Assembly: GCA_021162065.1 (NCBI GenBank)
Contig: JAGGZK010000032.1
Span: 1 to 60,046 of the forward strand
Reading direction: 5' to 3'
Origin: Thermoplasmata archaeon
Lineage (GTDB): Archaea > Thermoplasmatota > E2 > UBA202 > JdFR-43
Length of the DNA: 60,046 bases
Made by a program: the position numbers and the translations under genes. This document shows, piece after piece, positions 8,469 through 18,229 of this stretch; within the stretch, counting starts at the first letter, position 1, and every line of letters begins with the position of its first letter. The notes under the pieces are model-generated. The model had not been told where the DNA came from. It ran no database searches and saw only the letters and a program-made list of their open reading frames with translations.

Positions 8469-8869
8469 TTTACTCCCAGATACTCCGACAATTCTTTCAG
8501 GGTTATATAGTTTACCGATTTTTTGAGATTCAACCTCTCCATCTCCTTGTCCTTCAGCTCGTCAGGCACACCAATATAAACCTTCAATTTTTTATACGCA
8601 TTCCTCCCCTTCGGCTGCTGATAGGGGAGCATTCCTCTCACGGTCCTCTTTATTATCATATGAGGCATTTTTGGAAAATAGGGACCCTTCCTCTTCGTTC
8701 CACCTATCTCCCTCTTTCTTCTGTATCGGCTTATTATTTCCTCCTTATTTCCATTTATTATCGCCCTTTCCGCATTGACTATAAATATCTCTTCCCCGTT
8801 CAGCAGCCGCTTTGCCACTAGGGAAGCCAACCTGCCTATGGGCATATCACTGGCATCTATAACCGTCAT
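8456..8869 (-). CDS. rpl13: 50S ribosomal protein L13
   Basis: IDA..GRLAS..AK, RTVRGMLP. Confidence 0.97.
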   Translation of the reverse strand: MTVIDASDMPIGRLASLVAKRLLNGEEIFIVNAERAIINGNKEEIISRYRRKREIGGTKRKGPYFPKMPHMIIKRTVRGMLPYQQPKGRNAYKKLKVYIGVPDELKDKEMERLNLKKSVNYITLKELSEYLGVKWQK

Positions 8870-9229
8870 TTAACCACCTATTATTCTTACATTACTCCCC
8901 TTGGGATTTTTCTCCACAAGTTCGCGGATGCTATAGCATTTTCCTCCAGCCTTCTCTATCTTCTCCCTCGCTGTCTTGGAGAATTTCCAGGCTGCCACCT
9001 CTATGCCACCCGCATCTCCCATCCCAAGCACCTTCCCCGGAACGAGGGCAATCTCCCCTTCCTTCAGATGCTTGACTATCTTTCCCACATTAACCTCCGC
9101 CCAGTTCTTGGATGGCTTCTCCAGTTTCCTTGCCACTGCCTTCCAGATGGCGGCATTGTTCTTTCTGGATGCCTCATATAGCATATCAATGGTACGCAGG
9201 AGTTGTGGATTCGTCTTTCTTCTTCTCAT
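8870..9229 (-). CDS. rpl18e: 50S ribosomal protein L18e
   Basis: KTNPQL, VPGKVLG, NPKGSNVRII. Confidence 0.97.
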   Translation of the reverse strand: MRRRKTNPQLLRTIDMLYEASRKNNAAIWKAVARKLEKPSKNWAEVNVGKIVKHLKEGEIALVPGKVLGMGDAGGIEVAAWKFSKTAREKIEKAGGKCYSIRELVEKNPKGSNVRIIGG

Positions 9230-9283
9230 TGGAAGGCAATATAAAAAAGTGTTTTATAAGATTTGCCCTTGCCTCTCATTCCA

Positions 9284-10960
9284 TCACGCCAGTCCGTATA
9301 TCTTTCTGTACGTCTCCGATGATACGATTTCATCCTTTCTCTCCCTGAATTTCTCCACCCTTTCCTTTGCTTCCATGGATTTTTTGACGAGTTTCTCCGC
9401 CCTTTCGCCTGTAACTTTGTGCTTTGAGAGATATCTGTCCCTATGAATGTTTGGAAATACGTTGTATGTGCAGAAGGGTATGAGACGATTACCGGCAAGA
9501 TAATGAATGCTGCATCTCTGGACTCTATTGACATCGTAGTTGTAATAATCTTGGAAATGCATCATCCCAAGGAATAAAAACTGATGATGGAACTTGCCCA
9601 GCGCCCTATAATCTCCCTTCTCTATCACGTCCTCCAGTATCTCTGAAAGTTTATCGCCACTCGGCAGCTCATCCTGAATGATGTATTCCTTCAATTTCTC
9701 CGCCAGTGCCTTCCTCATGCTCCCGTATTTTATGGCATCCGGCACAAGTTTTGCTCCAAACAATGCCTTTTTCAGCGCACTGGACTGAATCTGGGAAATA
9801 TCCCCTATGAATTTATCCACGTCCACGAACTCCGTTATGGGAATAAGCCTATCATGCTCCCTGTCCGCATAGGCATAGGTTGCTATGCCGCACTTCTCAT
9901 TGTTGTAGAAATGAACATGGGGCTCCTTCCCTATTATGTCCGCCAGGGCGGCAACGGTAGGCACAGGATACCATGCCTCCATGCCGAAGTTGAATGCCTT
10001 TCTCATCTCCTCCACTATGTCCGATTGCACCACCCTTAACTTATCCCTGTCTCCCTTCTTTATGTGCCCCACCAGAGATATGGGCTGAAAGTTAACGCCC
10101 CTTATGCCGATGGCATAGTTTCTCATGGCAAATCTTGCTATCTCGGGTGTTTCCTTCAGATTGAGTTGGCTTACCGTGGGAACAAGAACAACGCTTTTTA
10201 TTCCTCCCCTGTGATATGCCTCCAGGGCAAAAGGCATCTCATAATGATTTTTGGCATTACTGTTTGCCTCCGGCCTCATCCCATCGAAGGAGGTGTATAT
10301 GGTTTTCAGCCCCGCTTCCACCCATCTATTCACCCTTTTGATGGTTTCCTCAGGATTCTCAAAATAATCTATTGCCAGTGAGATGGAATTGGTATTGAGC
10401 TGGACATGGGCCGAGCCCATATCCCTCATCATCTTTATCATCTCCGACAAATCCTTTCTCAAACTTGGCTCCCCTCCGGTTATCTGAATGGGTGGGACAT
10501 AGCCGTTGAATCTTTTCGCCACCTCCAGCCCTTCCCTTATTTCCTCCAGCGTTGGCTCATAGACAAAACCGGCCTTCTCCTCATAGAAGAAGCAGTACCA
10601 GCATCTCAAGTCGCATCTGTTGGTGACAACAACATTGAGAAGGGCTGTCGTATTCTTATGCTGCTTGCAGAGCCCGCAACTCACCAGATCTTTACCATGC
10701 TCTATATCCGTATTTATCTTCGCCACATGATATTTTTCAGATGGCTTGAATTTCATTATTTTTTCCCAGTATCCCTTTGTGCCTATCCTTTCCATGGTAC
10801 CGGATTTTTTCAGAAGATATACAACGTCATCCTTCTCCACATAGGCAGCATCTATGGTTTCCGGTATACCCGTTTCCTTCAATGCCGCCTCATCAACGCT
10901 TTTTGTGAATTCCAGTATTTTAAAACCACTCTCCTGGGCAATCTCTTCGAGCGTTTTCAT
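9284..10960 (-). CDS. tes: Radical SAM protein, tetraether lipid synthase (Tes/GDGT-MAS, MJ0619) family, divergent N-terminus
   Basis: CGLCKQH, VTNRCDLRCWYCFF..GFVYEPT, QITGGEP, HVQLNTN, RGVNFQP, MMHFQDYYNYDVNRVQRC, IPFC. Confidence 0.8.
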   Translation of the reverse strand: MKTLEEIAQESGFKILEFTKSVDEAALKETGIPETIDAAYVEKDDVVYLLKKSGTMERIGTKGYWEKIMKFKPSEKYHVAKINTDIEHGKDLVSCGLCKQHKNTTALLNVVVTNRCDLRCWYCFFYEEKAGFVYEPTLEEIREGLEVAKRFNGYVPPIQITGGEPSLRKDLSEMIKMMRDMGSAHVQLNTNSISLAIDYFENPEETIKRVNRWVEAGLKTIYTSFDGMRPEANSNAKNHYEMPFALEAYHRGGIKSVVLVPTVSQLNLKETPEIARFAMRNYAIGIRGVNFQPISLVGHIKKGDRDKLRVVQSDIVEEMRKAFNFGMEAWYPVPTVAALADIIGKEPHVHFYNNEKCGIATYAYADREHDRLIPITEFVDVDKFIGDISQIQSSALKKALFGAKLVPDAIKYGSMRKALAEKLKEYIIQDELPSGDKLSEILEDVIEKGDYRALGKFHHQFLFLGMMHFQDYYNYDVNRVQRCSIHYLAGNRLIPFCTYNVFPNIHRDRYLSKHKVTGERAEKLVKKSMEAKERVEKFRERKDEIVSSETYRKIYGLA

Positions 10961-11064
10961 AATGTTTTCCGATTGCCTTAGATGTATTTATAATTTTCTC
11001 AATGGTGAAAAGTGGGCAAGAGTGGCAAGAACAAATAATTAAATAATTCCTTTCTTTTAACATC

Positions 11065-12546
11065 ATGGAAAGGCGGGGACATCTGCTGTTCATTCTGATC
11101 GTGGCTTTAATATTCGTCGCCATCGTTGTTTACAATGAGAGCAGAAAGGAAGGGAGTGTGGAGGCAAAACCCGTTTTTTCAGGCGATTATGATCCCACCA
11201 CGGACATACAAGTAATATTTCGCATAGACAGAATAAGGAAGATAGATTTTGAGCTGAACGAGGAGCCAACCATGGAACTGGAGATATCCATAGATGGGAC
11301 CACATATGAAGTGGGTCCCTGGAAGGGACTGGATGTATACCCGAGGTGGAGGCACATACAGGATGTGGATGACGGCAAGGAAAATGTCAGCATAGAGGTT
11401 AAATTATATGAGATTCAGGGAGAGGAAAAGATTCTGTCTGATATAAGCCCGGCGGATGGAGATTATACGGGTAAGACGCTGAAACTTACATACTCCATAA
11501 AAACTGGCGAGTGGTGGGGTGAAGACTGGCTTGGAGATGAGAATGGCTATGGCCATGCTTCCGGCACGGAAGATGGCAACTATGGGGAAAATGATTATGA
11601 GATATTCTTTGACATATATCAGACAGATGCCGATGGTGACCGCCTAACCTACTGGGAGGAGGTGAATGTTTATCATACCGATCCGAATGCCAGCGATTAT
11701 GGAAAGGATTATGATAATGATGGCGTGCCCATCCAGTGGGAGGATAAATATGGCTATGATCCATTTACCCCAGAAAACCACTCCACCCTCGACCCTGACA
11801 AGGATGGAATACAGAACATAGAGGAGTATTGGATGGAAGAGTGGCATTCCGATCCCTTCTGCCAGGATGTTTTTGTAGAGGTGGACTACATGAAAAATCT
11901 GCTCTTCGGCACCACCACCTTGCCAGAGTACTCAAAGGAAAAGGTGATGTCTGCCTTCACCAAGCACAACATAGTTCTTCACATAGATGATGGGCTGATG
12001 GGCGGCGGCGGGGAGGTGCTGCCCTATGAAAAATTCTACACCCCAGAGAAACTTTCCCTTTATTACAAGGAATATTTCCTTCATAACGGAAGGGAAGAAT
12101 GGAGAAAGGGCATTTTCAGATATGCGGTGATGGTTCACTACACAATACCATCAAGGAAAAATGTGGCCGGCTACTCCTACTGGCCCACCAACGAGGATAA
12201 ATTCTGCGCCTTTGTTGTGGGAACAAGGGTAATCAAGAATTATCGCTTTACTCCACTGGCGAGGCAGACGGCCACGGCAAGTCTATTCATGCATGAACTT
12301 GGCCACACCCTGGGCATATTCTGGCATACCTATCATGGATGCGACAACATGACCACCATTTATCCATGGCTCAGTGGATGGGATATATATGGTAACTACA
12401 AGAGCTGCATGAACTATCGCTATGCCTGGCAGTTGGTGGATTACTCGGACGGCAGTCATGGAGAAGGCGACTTCGATGACTGGAGCCATATAGACCCTGC
12501 TTTCTTTGAGAAGAACTTCTTTGCGGAGCCACCGATAATACTATAA
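11065..12546 (+). CDS. Membrane-anchored or secreted zinc metallopeptidase with Ca-binding DxDxDG repeats
   Basis: N-terminal TM/signal; DADGDRL, DYDNDGV, DPDKDGI repeats; HELGHTLG plus SCMNY Met-turn-like motif. Confidence 0.75.
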   Translation: MERRGHLLFILIVALIFVAIVVYNESRKEGSVEAKPVFSGDYDPTTDIQVIFRIDRIRKIDFELNEEPTMELEISIDGTTYEVGPWKGLDVYPRWRHIQDVDDGKENVSIEVKLYEIQGEEKILSDISPADGDYTGKTLKLTYSIKTGEWWGEDWLGDENGYGHASGTEDGNYGENDYEIFFDIYQTDADGDRLTYWEEVNVYHTDPNASDYGKDYDNDGVPIQWEDKYGYDPFTPENHSTLDPDKDGIQNIEEYWMEEWHSDPFCQDVFVEVDYMKNLLFGTTTLPEYSKEKVMSAFTKHNIVLHIDDGLMGGGGEVLPYEKFYTPEKLSLYYKEYFLHNGREEWRKGIFRYAVMVHYTIPSRKNVAGYSYWPTNEDKFCAFVVGTRVIKNYRFTPLARQTATASLFMHELGHTLGIFWHTYHGCDNMTTIYPWLSGWDIYGNYKSCMNYRYAWQLVDYSDGSHGEGDFDDWSHIDPAFFEKNFFAEPPIIL

Positions 12547-12580
12547 AAGGAAAATAAAAGGAAAAGGGAAGAGGAAAGGA
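12546..12580 (-). terminator. Pyrimidine/oligo-U-rich terminator-like tract between convergent genes
   Basis: + strand AAAAGGAAAATAAAAGGAAAAGGGAAGAGGAAAGG reads as a T/C-rich tract just after the stop of 12586-15543 (-). Confidence 0.4.
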
Positions 12581-12585
12581 TAGTG

Positions 12586-15543
12586 TCATATGTTGAATAT
12601 CCATACTTTTTGTTCATCCATGGCTGTGTTGCCTGCAGCATCATATGCCACTATTTTTATTTCATGCCTCCCTATAATAGATTCATCCCAGAACCATGTG
12701 AATGGAGAAATATAGCTCGAATTTTTGAATTCACCATCTACATAAAAAGAAACATTTGAAATACCTATATTATCGTCTGCATCTGCCTCTATTGTTACCC
12801 CTCCAATGATTACCGTGAAAGGCGATGGAATTATTTTTCTATCGTTAAGATAAAGCCCATTCCTTGGTTTAACCAGTTCAACAGTTGGGGGAGTCGTATC
12901 TGAAAGAATTGTAAATGTTGCATCGGATATATCTTGCCCAGTGTTAACACCATCTGTCGCAATGACTTTTATGAGGCATTTATCTCCCGGTGGAAGCCAG
13001 CGAGTATCCAAAATATAGTTGTTTCCAGTAACATCTATATCAATAGGAAGCCATGTTTCTCCACTATCATTGCTATATGATATTGCGAATGTAAGTTCAT
13101 CTGCATCTGCATCATATGCTTCCCATGTGATTGTATAATTTTCGCCTGGGTGTAAAATTTCGCCACCATTTGGATGAGTAACTGTAACAGTAGGAGAATT
13201 CTCGCTCACTATCCTACTTGCCAAAACATTTCCATCTTTGTCTCTTAGTTGAATCTCTTTTGTTCCATTTATCCAAGGAATTCTAAGACAAAAACCTGAT
13301 ATATTTGTTTCTACTGGCGACTCCGAAAACTTAACAAAGGAGGTGTTAAAACCTGCAAGACCGAGTAAATTACCATGTTCATCTAAGAAACCAAAGCTAT
13401 AATCCCCAACATCCCCTATCTCAGCATCTACTAAGTTTCTTTGTGAGAGATGATAAAATGGATCTATTTCAACTCTACCATCTCTATAAATCAGCCCACT
13501 AACAACCATTATTTCGGGGGGGTCTTTTGGTATTTTATTCCATAAAATATTGTAACATTCTTTACATATCCAATCATTCCCAAAAGTTTTCGGTGGGATG
13601 GGTGGGCCCATAAAGCATTTTCCTTCTTTCTGCAGGATCCCCTTAATAATCCAATATATAGTAGCAGAACGATCATGATCCTGTAATCCATATGTATGTC
13701 CGATTTCATGTGCAGGGGTAGTCCAGTAATCAACTTCGCAAATTACCACTGGGATGTTGGGATAAGCAAAACCATTTGTGGTTGGAGTAGTATCTGGCGA
13801 GTTTGCGAATATCCAACCCTTCCTAACTAAGCCTACAACACGAACATTTTCATCTGGGCTAGTCACACGAAATCTTCTTCCTAAATTTTTCAACCAATTA
13901 ATTTCTTGTTTTGTCGTAGGTTTTCCGGGTATAGTTGGAAAATATAACCTATATTCATTTTTTACATAACCAGCGCAGTATGAAGTTAGGGGATAAGTAG
14001 CATATATAAATTCTGCAGATTTAAAAGTCGTTTGTTCAAAGCCCCCAAACATGGCATCAGGTCGATTTCTTCCTACTCGAATGTAAAAGAGTTGCAAGTG
14101 CCCTTTTTTCACCTTAAACTCCCCACTTAATTTATTATTATTTATATTTGCTTCTCCTGCTACTGGAACTATTTCCACCTCTATCGTTATTTTCGGCTTA
14201 ATAACCTCCTTCTTAAGATATTTATTAGGTGGTGGAACCCATGGTTCCAGTTTATGAGGACCACCCTTTTTAATGGTCCTTATTTCCTCGCCAACTACCA
14301 CCCCATTAACCTTTACTATTACCTTTGTTTTCACATTTTTATTGAAAGTCGACTTATACCAGATCTCAACGAGAGTCGGCTTCTTCTCCACCAATTCAGG
14401 ACCGGATATTTTTCCAGTTTGACTTATACCAGCACCTTTAACAACCTGAATTGGATAGAACTCCAACAAAATAATATCTGGTGGCGAAATGTTATAATAT
14501 ACCGTTTCCTCATCATATCCATAATTTCCGGCAGCATCGCTTGCCTCTATTTTTATTTTATTCCACCCTTCATGCAATGTTATCGGAATTTCAAAGGAGA
14601 AATTGGTAGTTGGCTCTTCCAGTGGCCAGCTGCTTCCTGTCGCTCCTCCCTCCCATTCATGGGTGTATCCATAGGAAACCACCCCAACATTGTCCGTGAT
14701 GTATCCCCAGGCGGTTATATTGGGTTCAGTAAAAACACTTCCATTTTCGGGGTATTTCTTAACAACAACAGGTGGCTCTGTATCATTTCCAGATATGGTA
14801 ACTATCAACGGCTCAGACCACTCGCTTTCCTCGAGGTAAGGCAAATCTCTCGCCTTTGCTTTAACCTCATATGTCCCGGGCTCATCCCATGCATGAAATG
14901 TCTCAAAAGGCGTTCCAGAAGTAATGGGATCAAGCCATCCGGTGTTGGTACCATCTCCCCAGTCAATTAGATATTCCAGTGAGTCGCCATCTGGATCTGT
15001 TGTTACGGTGTTAAAATGCAAGGTCTCCTTAACCTTTCCTTCAGTTGGGCCTTCCGGCGTGGAGGGTTTATTTGGAGGAGTATTTGACGGGTTATACGTA
15101 ACATTGACACAATCCTCTCCTGTCGCCCCATATATGTTTTTAAATCTCACCGTAATCAGATTCCATCCTTCATGCAGCCCATATATATCTATTCTGAATT
15201 CAACATATTCTGCTGTTTCAAAATAGGACGAATTGGTTTTTGAACCACCCTTCCATTTCCATTCCCATTCCCAGTAGTTCATCCCATTATCATCGCTTGC
15301 ATATCCAAGAACAACTAAATGAGGATCTGTAACAACCGCTCCATCTTCTGGCTGGGTTATGACAACAACGGGTTGCAGCGTGGACAAAGGGCAATTGTTA
15401 TCCCTAAAGATTATGGTAGCAACAACCCTTTCATTTTCCCTTTTCCCCTTTTCATATTCATTACTTATAGTTATCCCACTAACCAAAAACAGAAAGGTTA
15501 TCAACAATACCAACAACCTTCTCATTTTTGCCTCCTTTCTCAC
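12586..15543 (-). CDS. Large secreted multidomain protein: Ig-like/PKD domains, HExxH metallopeptidase-like core, C-terminal Ig-like domain
   Basis: Signal peptide; two LHEGWN Ig repeats; PKD-like DWGDGT; AHEIGHTYGL; terminal VWIFNI domain. Confidence 0.75.
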   Translation of the reverse strand: MRKEAKMRRLLVLLITFLFLVSGITISNEYEKGKRENERVVATIIFRDNNCPLSTLQPVVVITQPEDGAVVTDPHLVVLGYASDDNGMNYWEWEWKWKGGSKTNSSYFETAEYVEFRIDIYGLHEGWNLITVRFKNIYGATGEDCVNVTYNPSNTPPNKPSTPEGPTEGKVKETLHFNTVTTDPDGDSLEYLIDWGDGTNTGWLDPITSGTPFETFHAWDEPGTYEVKAKARDLPYLEESEWSEPLIVTISGNDTEPPVVVKKYPENGSVFTEPNITAWGYITDNVGVVSYGYTHEWEGGATGSSWPLEEPTTNFSFEIPITLHEGWNKIKIEASDAAGNYGYDEETVYYNISPPDIILLEFYPIQVVKGAGISQTGKISGPELVEKKPTLVEIWYKSTFNKNVKTKVIVKVNGVVVGEEIRTIKKGGPHKLEPWVPPPNKYLKKEVIKPKITIEVEIVPVAGEANINNNKLSGEFKVKKGHLQLFYIRVGRNRPDAMFGGFEQTTFKSAEFIYATYPLTSYCAGYVKNEYRLYFPTIPGKPTTKQEINWLKNLGRRFRVTSPDENVRVVGLVRKGWIFANSPDTTPTTNGFAYPNIPVVICEVDYWTTPAHEIGHTYGLQDHDRSATIYWIIKGILQKEGKCFMGPPIPPKTFGNDWICKECYNILWNKIPKDPPEIMVVSGLIYRDGRVEIDPFYHLSQRNLVDAEIGDVGDYSFGFLDEHGNLLGLAGFNTSFVKFSESPVETNISGFCLRIPWINGTKEIQLRDKDGNVLASRIVSENSPTVTVTHPNGGEILHPGENYTITWEAYDADADELTFAISYSNDSGETWLPIDIDVTGNNYILDTRWLPPGDKCLIKVIATDGVNTGQDISDATFTILSDTTPPTVELVKPRNGLYLNDRKIIPSPFTVIIGGVTIEADADDNIGISNVSFYVDGEFKNSSYISPFTWFWDESIIGRHEIKIVAYDAAGNTAMDEQKVWIFNI

Positions 15544-15649
15544 CCTGCGAGGTAGGTTTTTTATATATTTCGCCTCGCCCGTTTGCCATCACCTATGATA
15601 GCATATATCAATGCCTCCATTTTTATATATGCCGGTTTTTATAAATTTT

Positions 15650-16369
15650 GTGGTAGAAGTAAAGATTACTCCTGAAATGCTTGATATTCTGGAGAAAAAA
15701 TATGCAAAATACTGGTGGGATAAAAGGGAGGAAGAGGAATATTCCTCCATAAAATCGGACCCTTTCAAGCTTCTTGTATTTACAATCCTATCACAGACCA
15801 CTTCTGGCGTAAACACAAGAAGAGCCTATAGAGGACTGAAAAATGCCTTCGATGTATCTCCTCGTTCTCTCGCCTTAGCAGATGAGGAAAAAATAGCAGA
15901 TTCCATCAAAGCAGGAGGTTTGCACAGAATAAAGTCAAAAAGAATAAAGGAGATGGCAGAGCACATCCTGAAAAAATGGAATGGAGATATGAGAAAAATG
16001 CTTGATGGGGGAAGAGAGAAGGCAAGAGAAAATCTTCTCTCCCTCCCCGGGGTTGGAGAGAAAACGGCAGATGTAGTCATCTCCTCCCTGTATGGAGAAA
16101 GGGATTCCATTGTGGTAGACACTCATATGCGGAGAATAGCAATTCGCCTTGGAATCGCAACGGAAAAGGCAGAGTATGGTGAGATACAGAAAGCCCTCAT
16201 CAAAATATTCCCCTGGGACAATATTCCTCCAGAAAGAGAGGGAAGAATTCTTGCCCTCTTCTGGCTGATGGCAAAGCACACATGCAACGCAGTAAAACCG
16301 AGATGCCTTGAATGCATTTTGAGAGAGAAATGTGATTTTTTCAGGAAACATCAAAATCAGAATGAATGA
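15650..16369 (+). CDS. nth: Endonuclease III (HhH-GPD DNA glycosylase with FeS cluster)
   Basis: ILSQTT, LPGVGEKTA, VVDTH, C-x6-C-x2-C-x5-C. Start uncertain (15611/15650/15677). Confidence 0.88.
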   Translation: MVEVKITPEMLDILEKKYAKYWWDKREEEEYSSIKSDPFKLLVFTILSQTTSGVNTRRAYRGLKNAFDVSPRSLALADEEKIADSIKAGGLHRIKSKRIKEMAEHILKKWNGDMRKMLDGGREKARENLLSLPGVGEKTADVVISSLYGERDSIVVDTHMRRIAIRLGIATEKAEYGEIQKALIKIFPWDNIPPEREGRILALFWLMAKHTCNAVKPRCLECILREKCDFFRKHQNQNE

Positions 16370-16438
16370 TATGGAAGCGTCACCCTTCAATCTTTGATTT
16401 TTTGAGAAAATAAAAATAGGGGTAAACATATTTCTCCC

Positions 16439-16579
16439 ATGGAAATGATGGGTATGTGTGCGGTGTGCGGCACACCCGGCGTGATGTTCACCTGTCGCAT
16501 ATGTGGCAGAATGGTATGTGCAACCCATTTTAACCCCGCCACCGGAACATGTGTGGAGTGCGGCGGGAGGATGGTTTGA
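16439..16579 (+). CDS. Small binuclear zinc-finger protein (46 aa; not in the ORF track)
   Basis: MEMMGMCAVCGTPGVMFTCRICGRMVCATHFNPATGTCVECGGRMV: C-x2-C-x8-C-x2-C-x4-C-x2-H-x7-C-x2-C; fills an intergenic gap. Confidence 0.8.
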   Translation: MEMMGMCAVCGTPGVMFTCRICGRMVCATHFNPATGTCVECGGRMV

Positions 16580-16580
16580 A

Positions 16581-17582
16581 TTACAGCACCACGGGTATTT
16601 CCTCACCGCATTTGCCGCATTTTTTACCGTCCATGTCCATTATCTTAGCAGAAAATCCGTATCTTTCTATGAGCAGGTTGCCGCAATTGTGGCAGTAGGT
16701 GTTTTCGTAATCGCCATGGGGCACATTACCCAGATAAACATAATGCAGCCCTTCCTTTTTTGCGATGGTATAAGCGCCAAGGAGTTTTTTGAGAGATGTG
16801 GGGGGCACATTCATCATCCTGTAATGAGGATAGAAGGCAGTAAAATGGATCACCTGCAACTCTCCCATCTCTTTTATAACCCATCGGCAAAATTTTTTTA
16901 TCTCCTCCTCCGAATCATTATGGGAAGGGATAACAAGATATGTGAGTTCCACATGGACACCTCTTCTTTTATATCCCCAACATGCCTCAAGAACCGGTTC
17001 AAGGGAGGCGCTGCACAACTTCCTGTAGAAGGAATTGCTCATGCTCTTCACATCAACATTTACAGCATCGAGATATCTGGAAATGTCATCCAGTGGTTCC
17101 CTGTTAATGTAGCCATTGGTGACAAACACTGTATAAAGATTCTTCTCCCTTGCCATCTTTGCAGTATCAAGTGCATATTCCATCCAGATGGTGGGCTCAT
17201 TATAGGTGAAGGCAATGCCATCACAGCATTCCGCTACCCTCTTTATCGCATCCTCCGGCATTATCTCCGCCAGCGGGTATTCCTCCGGCCTTGCCTGGCT
17301 TATGGTGTAGTTCTGGCAGTGAAGACATCGAAAATTGCATCCGACTGTTCCGAGGGAGTAAACAAAGGTGCCGGGGTGAAAGTGGTAGAGGGGCTTTTTC
17401 TCTATGGGGTCGGCATGGGCGGAGCTGCAGGAGCCGTATATCAGGGTGTAAAGTTTTCCATTTCTGTTTTCCCTCACCCCGCATATTCCCCTTTTCCCTT
17501 CCCCTATTATACAGTTATGGGGGCACAGGGTACATCTTATTTTTCCGTCCCTCTCTTCCCAGTATTTTGCCTCCTTTTCCAC
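16581..17582 (-). CDS. amrS: AmmeMemoRadiSam system radical SAM enzyme
   Basis: CTLCPHNC..GICGVR, DPIEKKPLYHFHPG, GCNFRCLHCQN, FTYNEP, NTYCHNCG. Confidence 0.93.
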   Translation of the reverse strand: MEKEAKYWEERDGKIRCTLCPHNCIIGEGKRGICGVRENRNGKLYTLIYGSCSSAHADPIEKKPLYHFHPGTFVYSLGTVGCNFRCLHCQNYTISQARPEEYPLAEIMPEDAIKRVAECCDGIAFTYNEPTIWMEYALDTAKMAREKNLYTVFVTNGYINREPLDDISRYLDAVNVDVKSMSNSFYRKLCSASLEPVLEACWGYKRRGVHVELTYLVIPSHNDSEEEIKKFCRWVIKEMGELQVIHFTAFYPHYRMMNVPPTSLKKLLGAYTIAKKEGLHYVYLGNVPHGDYENTYCHNCGNLLIERYGFSAKIMDMDGKKCGKCGEEIPVVL

Positions 17583-17587
17583 ATTTA

Positions 17588-18229
17588 TTATGGTTGCCTG
17601 AATATAAATTTATTTTCATAGGAGACAATAGCCTCCATAACAACAGTCCATGCAGGAAGCACCTCATGATATATGCTCACCACCTCATCCGCCATGTCAT
17701 ATACGGGCGAGAGAAAATCCCCATGTGGAAAACCACCTATTATGCATACAACATCTTCCTCCATTATCTCCCCCATGCTGCCTCTTTTTCCCTCAGGGCT
17801 GAAAAGAATTTTTCTTCCATCAAGTTTTTCCAGCAACTGGGCAAGGGTTTCATTTCTTGCCTCCATCAATGCCTCTCCATTAGAAGGCACTCTCCCTCTT
17901 TCCAGCAACTGCTGCATGAGTCCCTTGAACCTGCCGTAGTTCTTTATTATCCTTGTCTCAGGATTTATGTAAATCACCGTGTCACCTCTCGTATGAATAT
18001 AAACACGGAGCATTCCCTCACGGTTGAGGATGGATTCCATGGCCACCAGAAGGGAGATATGAACTATATCAGGCCTTCCCCTCCTATAGCCACCCTTCAA
18101 AGATTTCATGGCGTTATGGTGGAGGGATGAATCGAGTATTCTGCTCCTGTATCCTCTCACAGAGGGATGCCCCGCAATTTTTTCGGGAATGAGTTCGAGT
18201 TCGCTGTCGGCAAGGACGAGATGCATCAT
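17588..18229 (-). CDS. nep1: 16S rRNA pseudouridine N1-methyltransferase Nep1/Emg1
   Basis: LADSELE, LDSSLHH, RGRPDIVH, RFKGLM, IGGFPHGDF. Confidence 0.93.
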   Translation of the reverse strand: MMHLVLADSELELIPEKIAGHPSVRGYRSRILDSSLHHNAMKSLKGGYRRGRPDIVHISLLVAMESILNREGMLRVYIHTRGDTVIYINPETRIIKNYGRFKGLMQQLLERGRVPSNGEALMEARNETLAQLLEKLDGRKILFSPEGKRGSMGEIMEEDVVCIIGGFPHGDFLSPVYDMADEVVSIYHEVLPAWTVVMEAIVSYENKFIFRQP

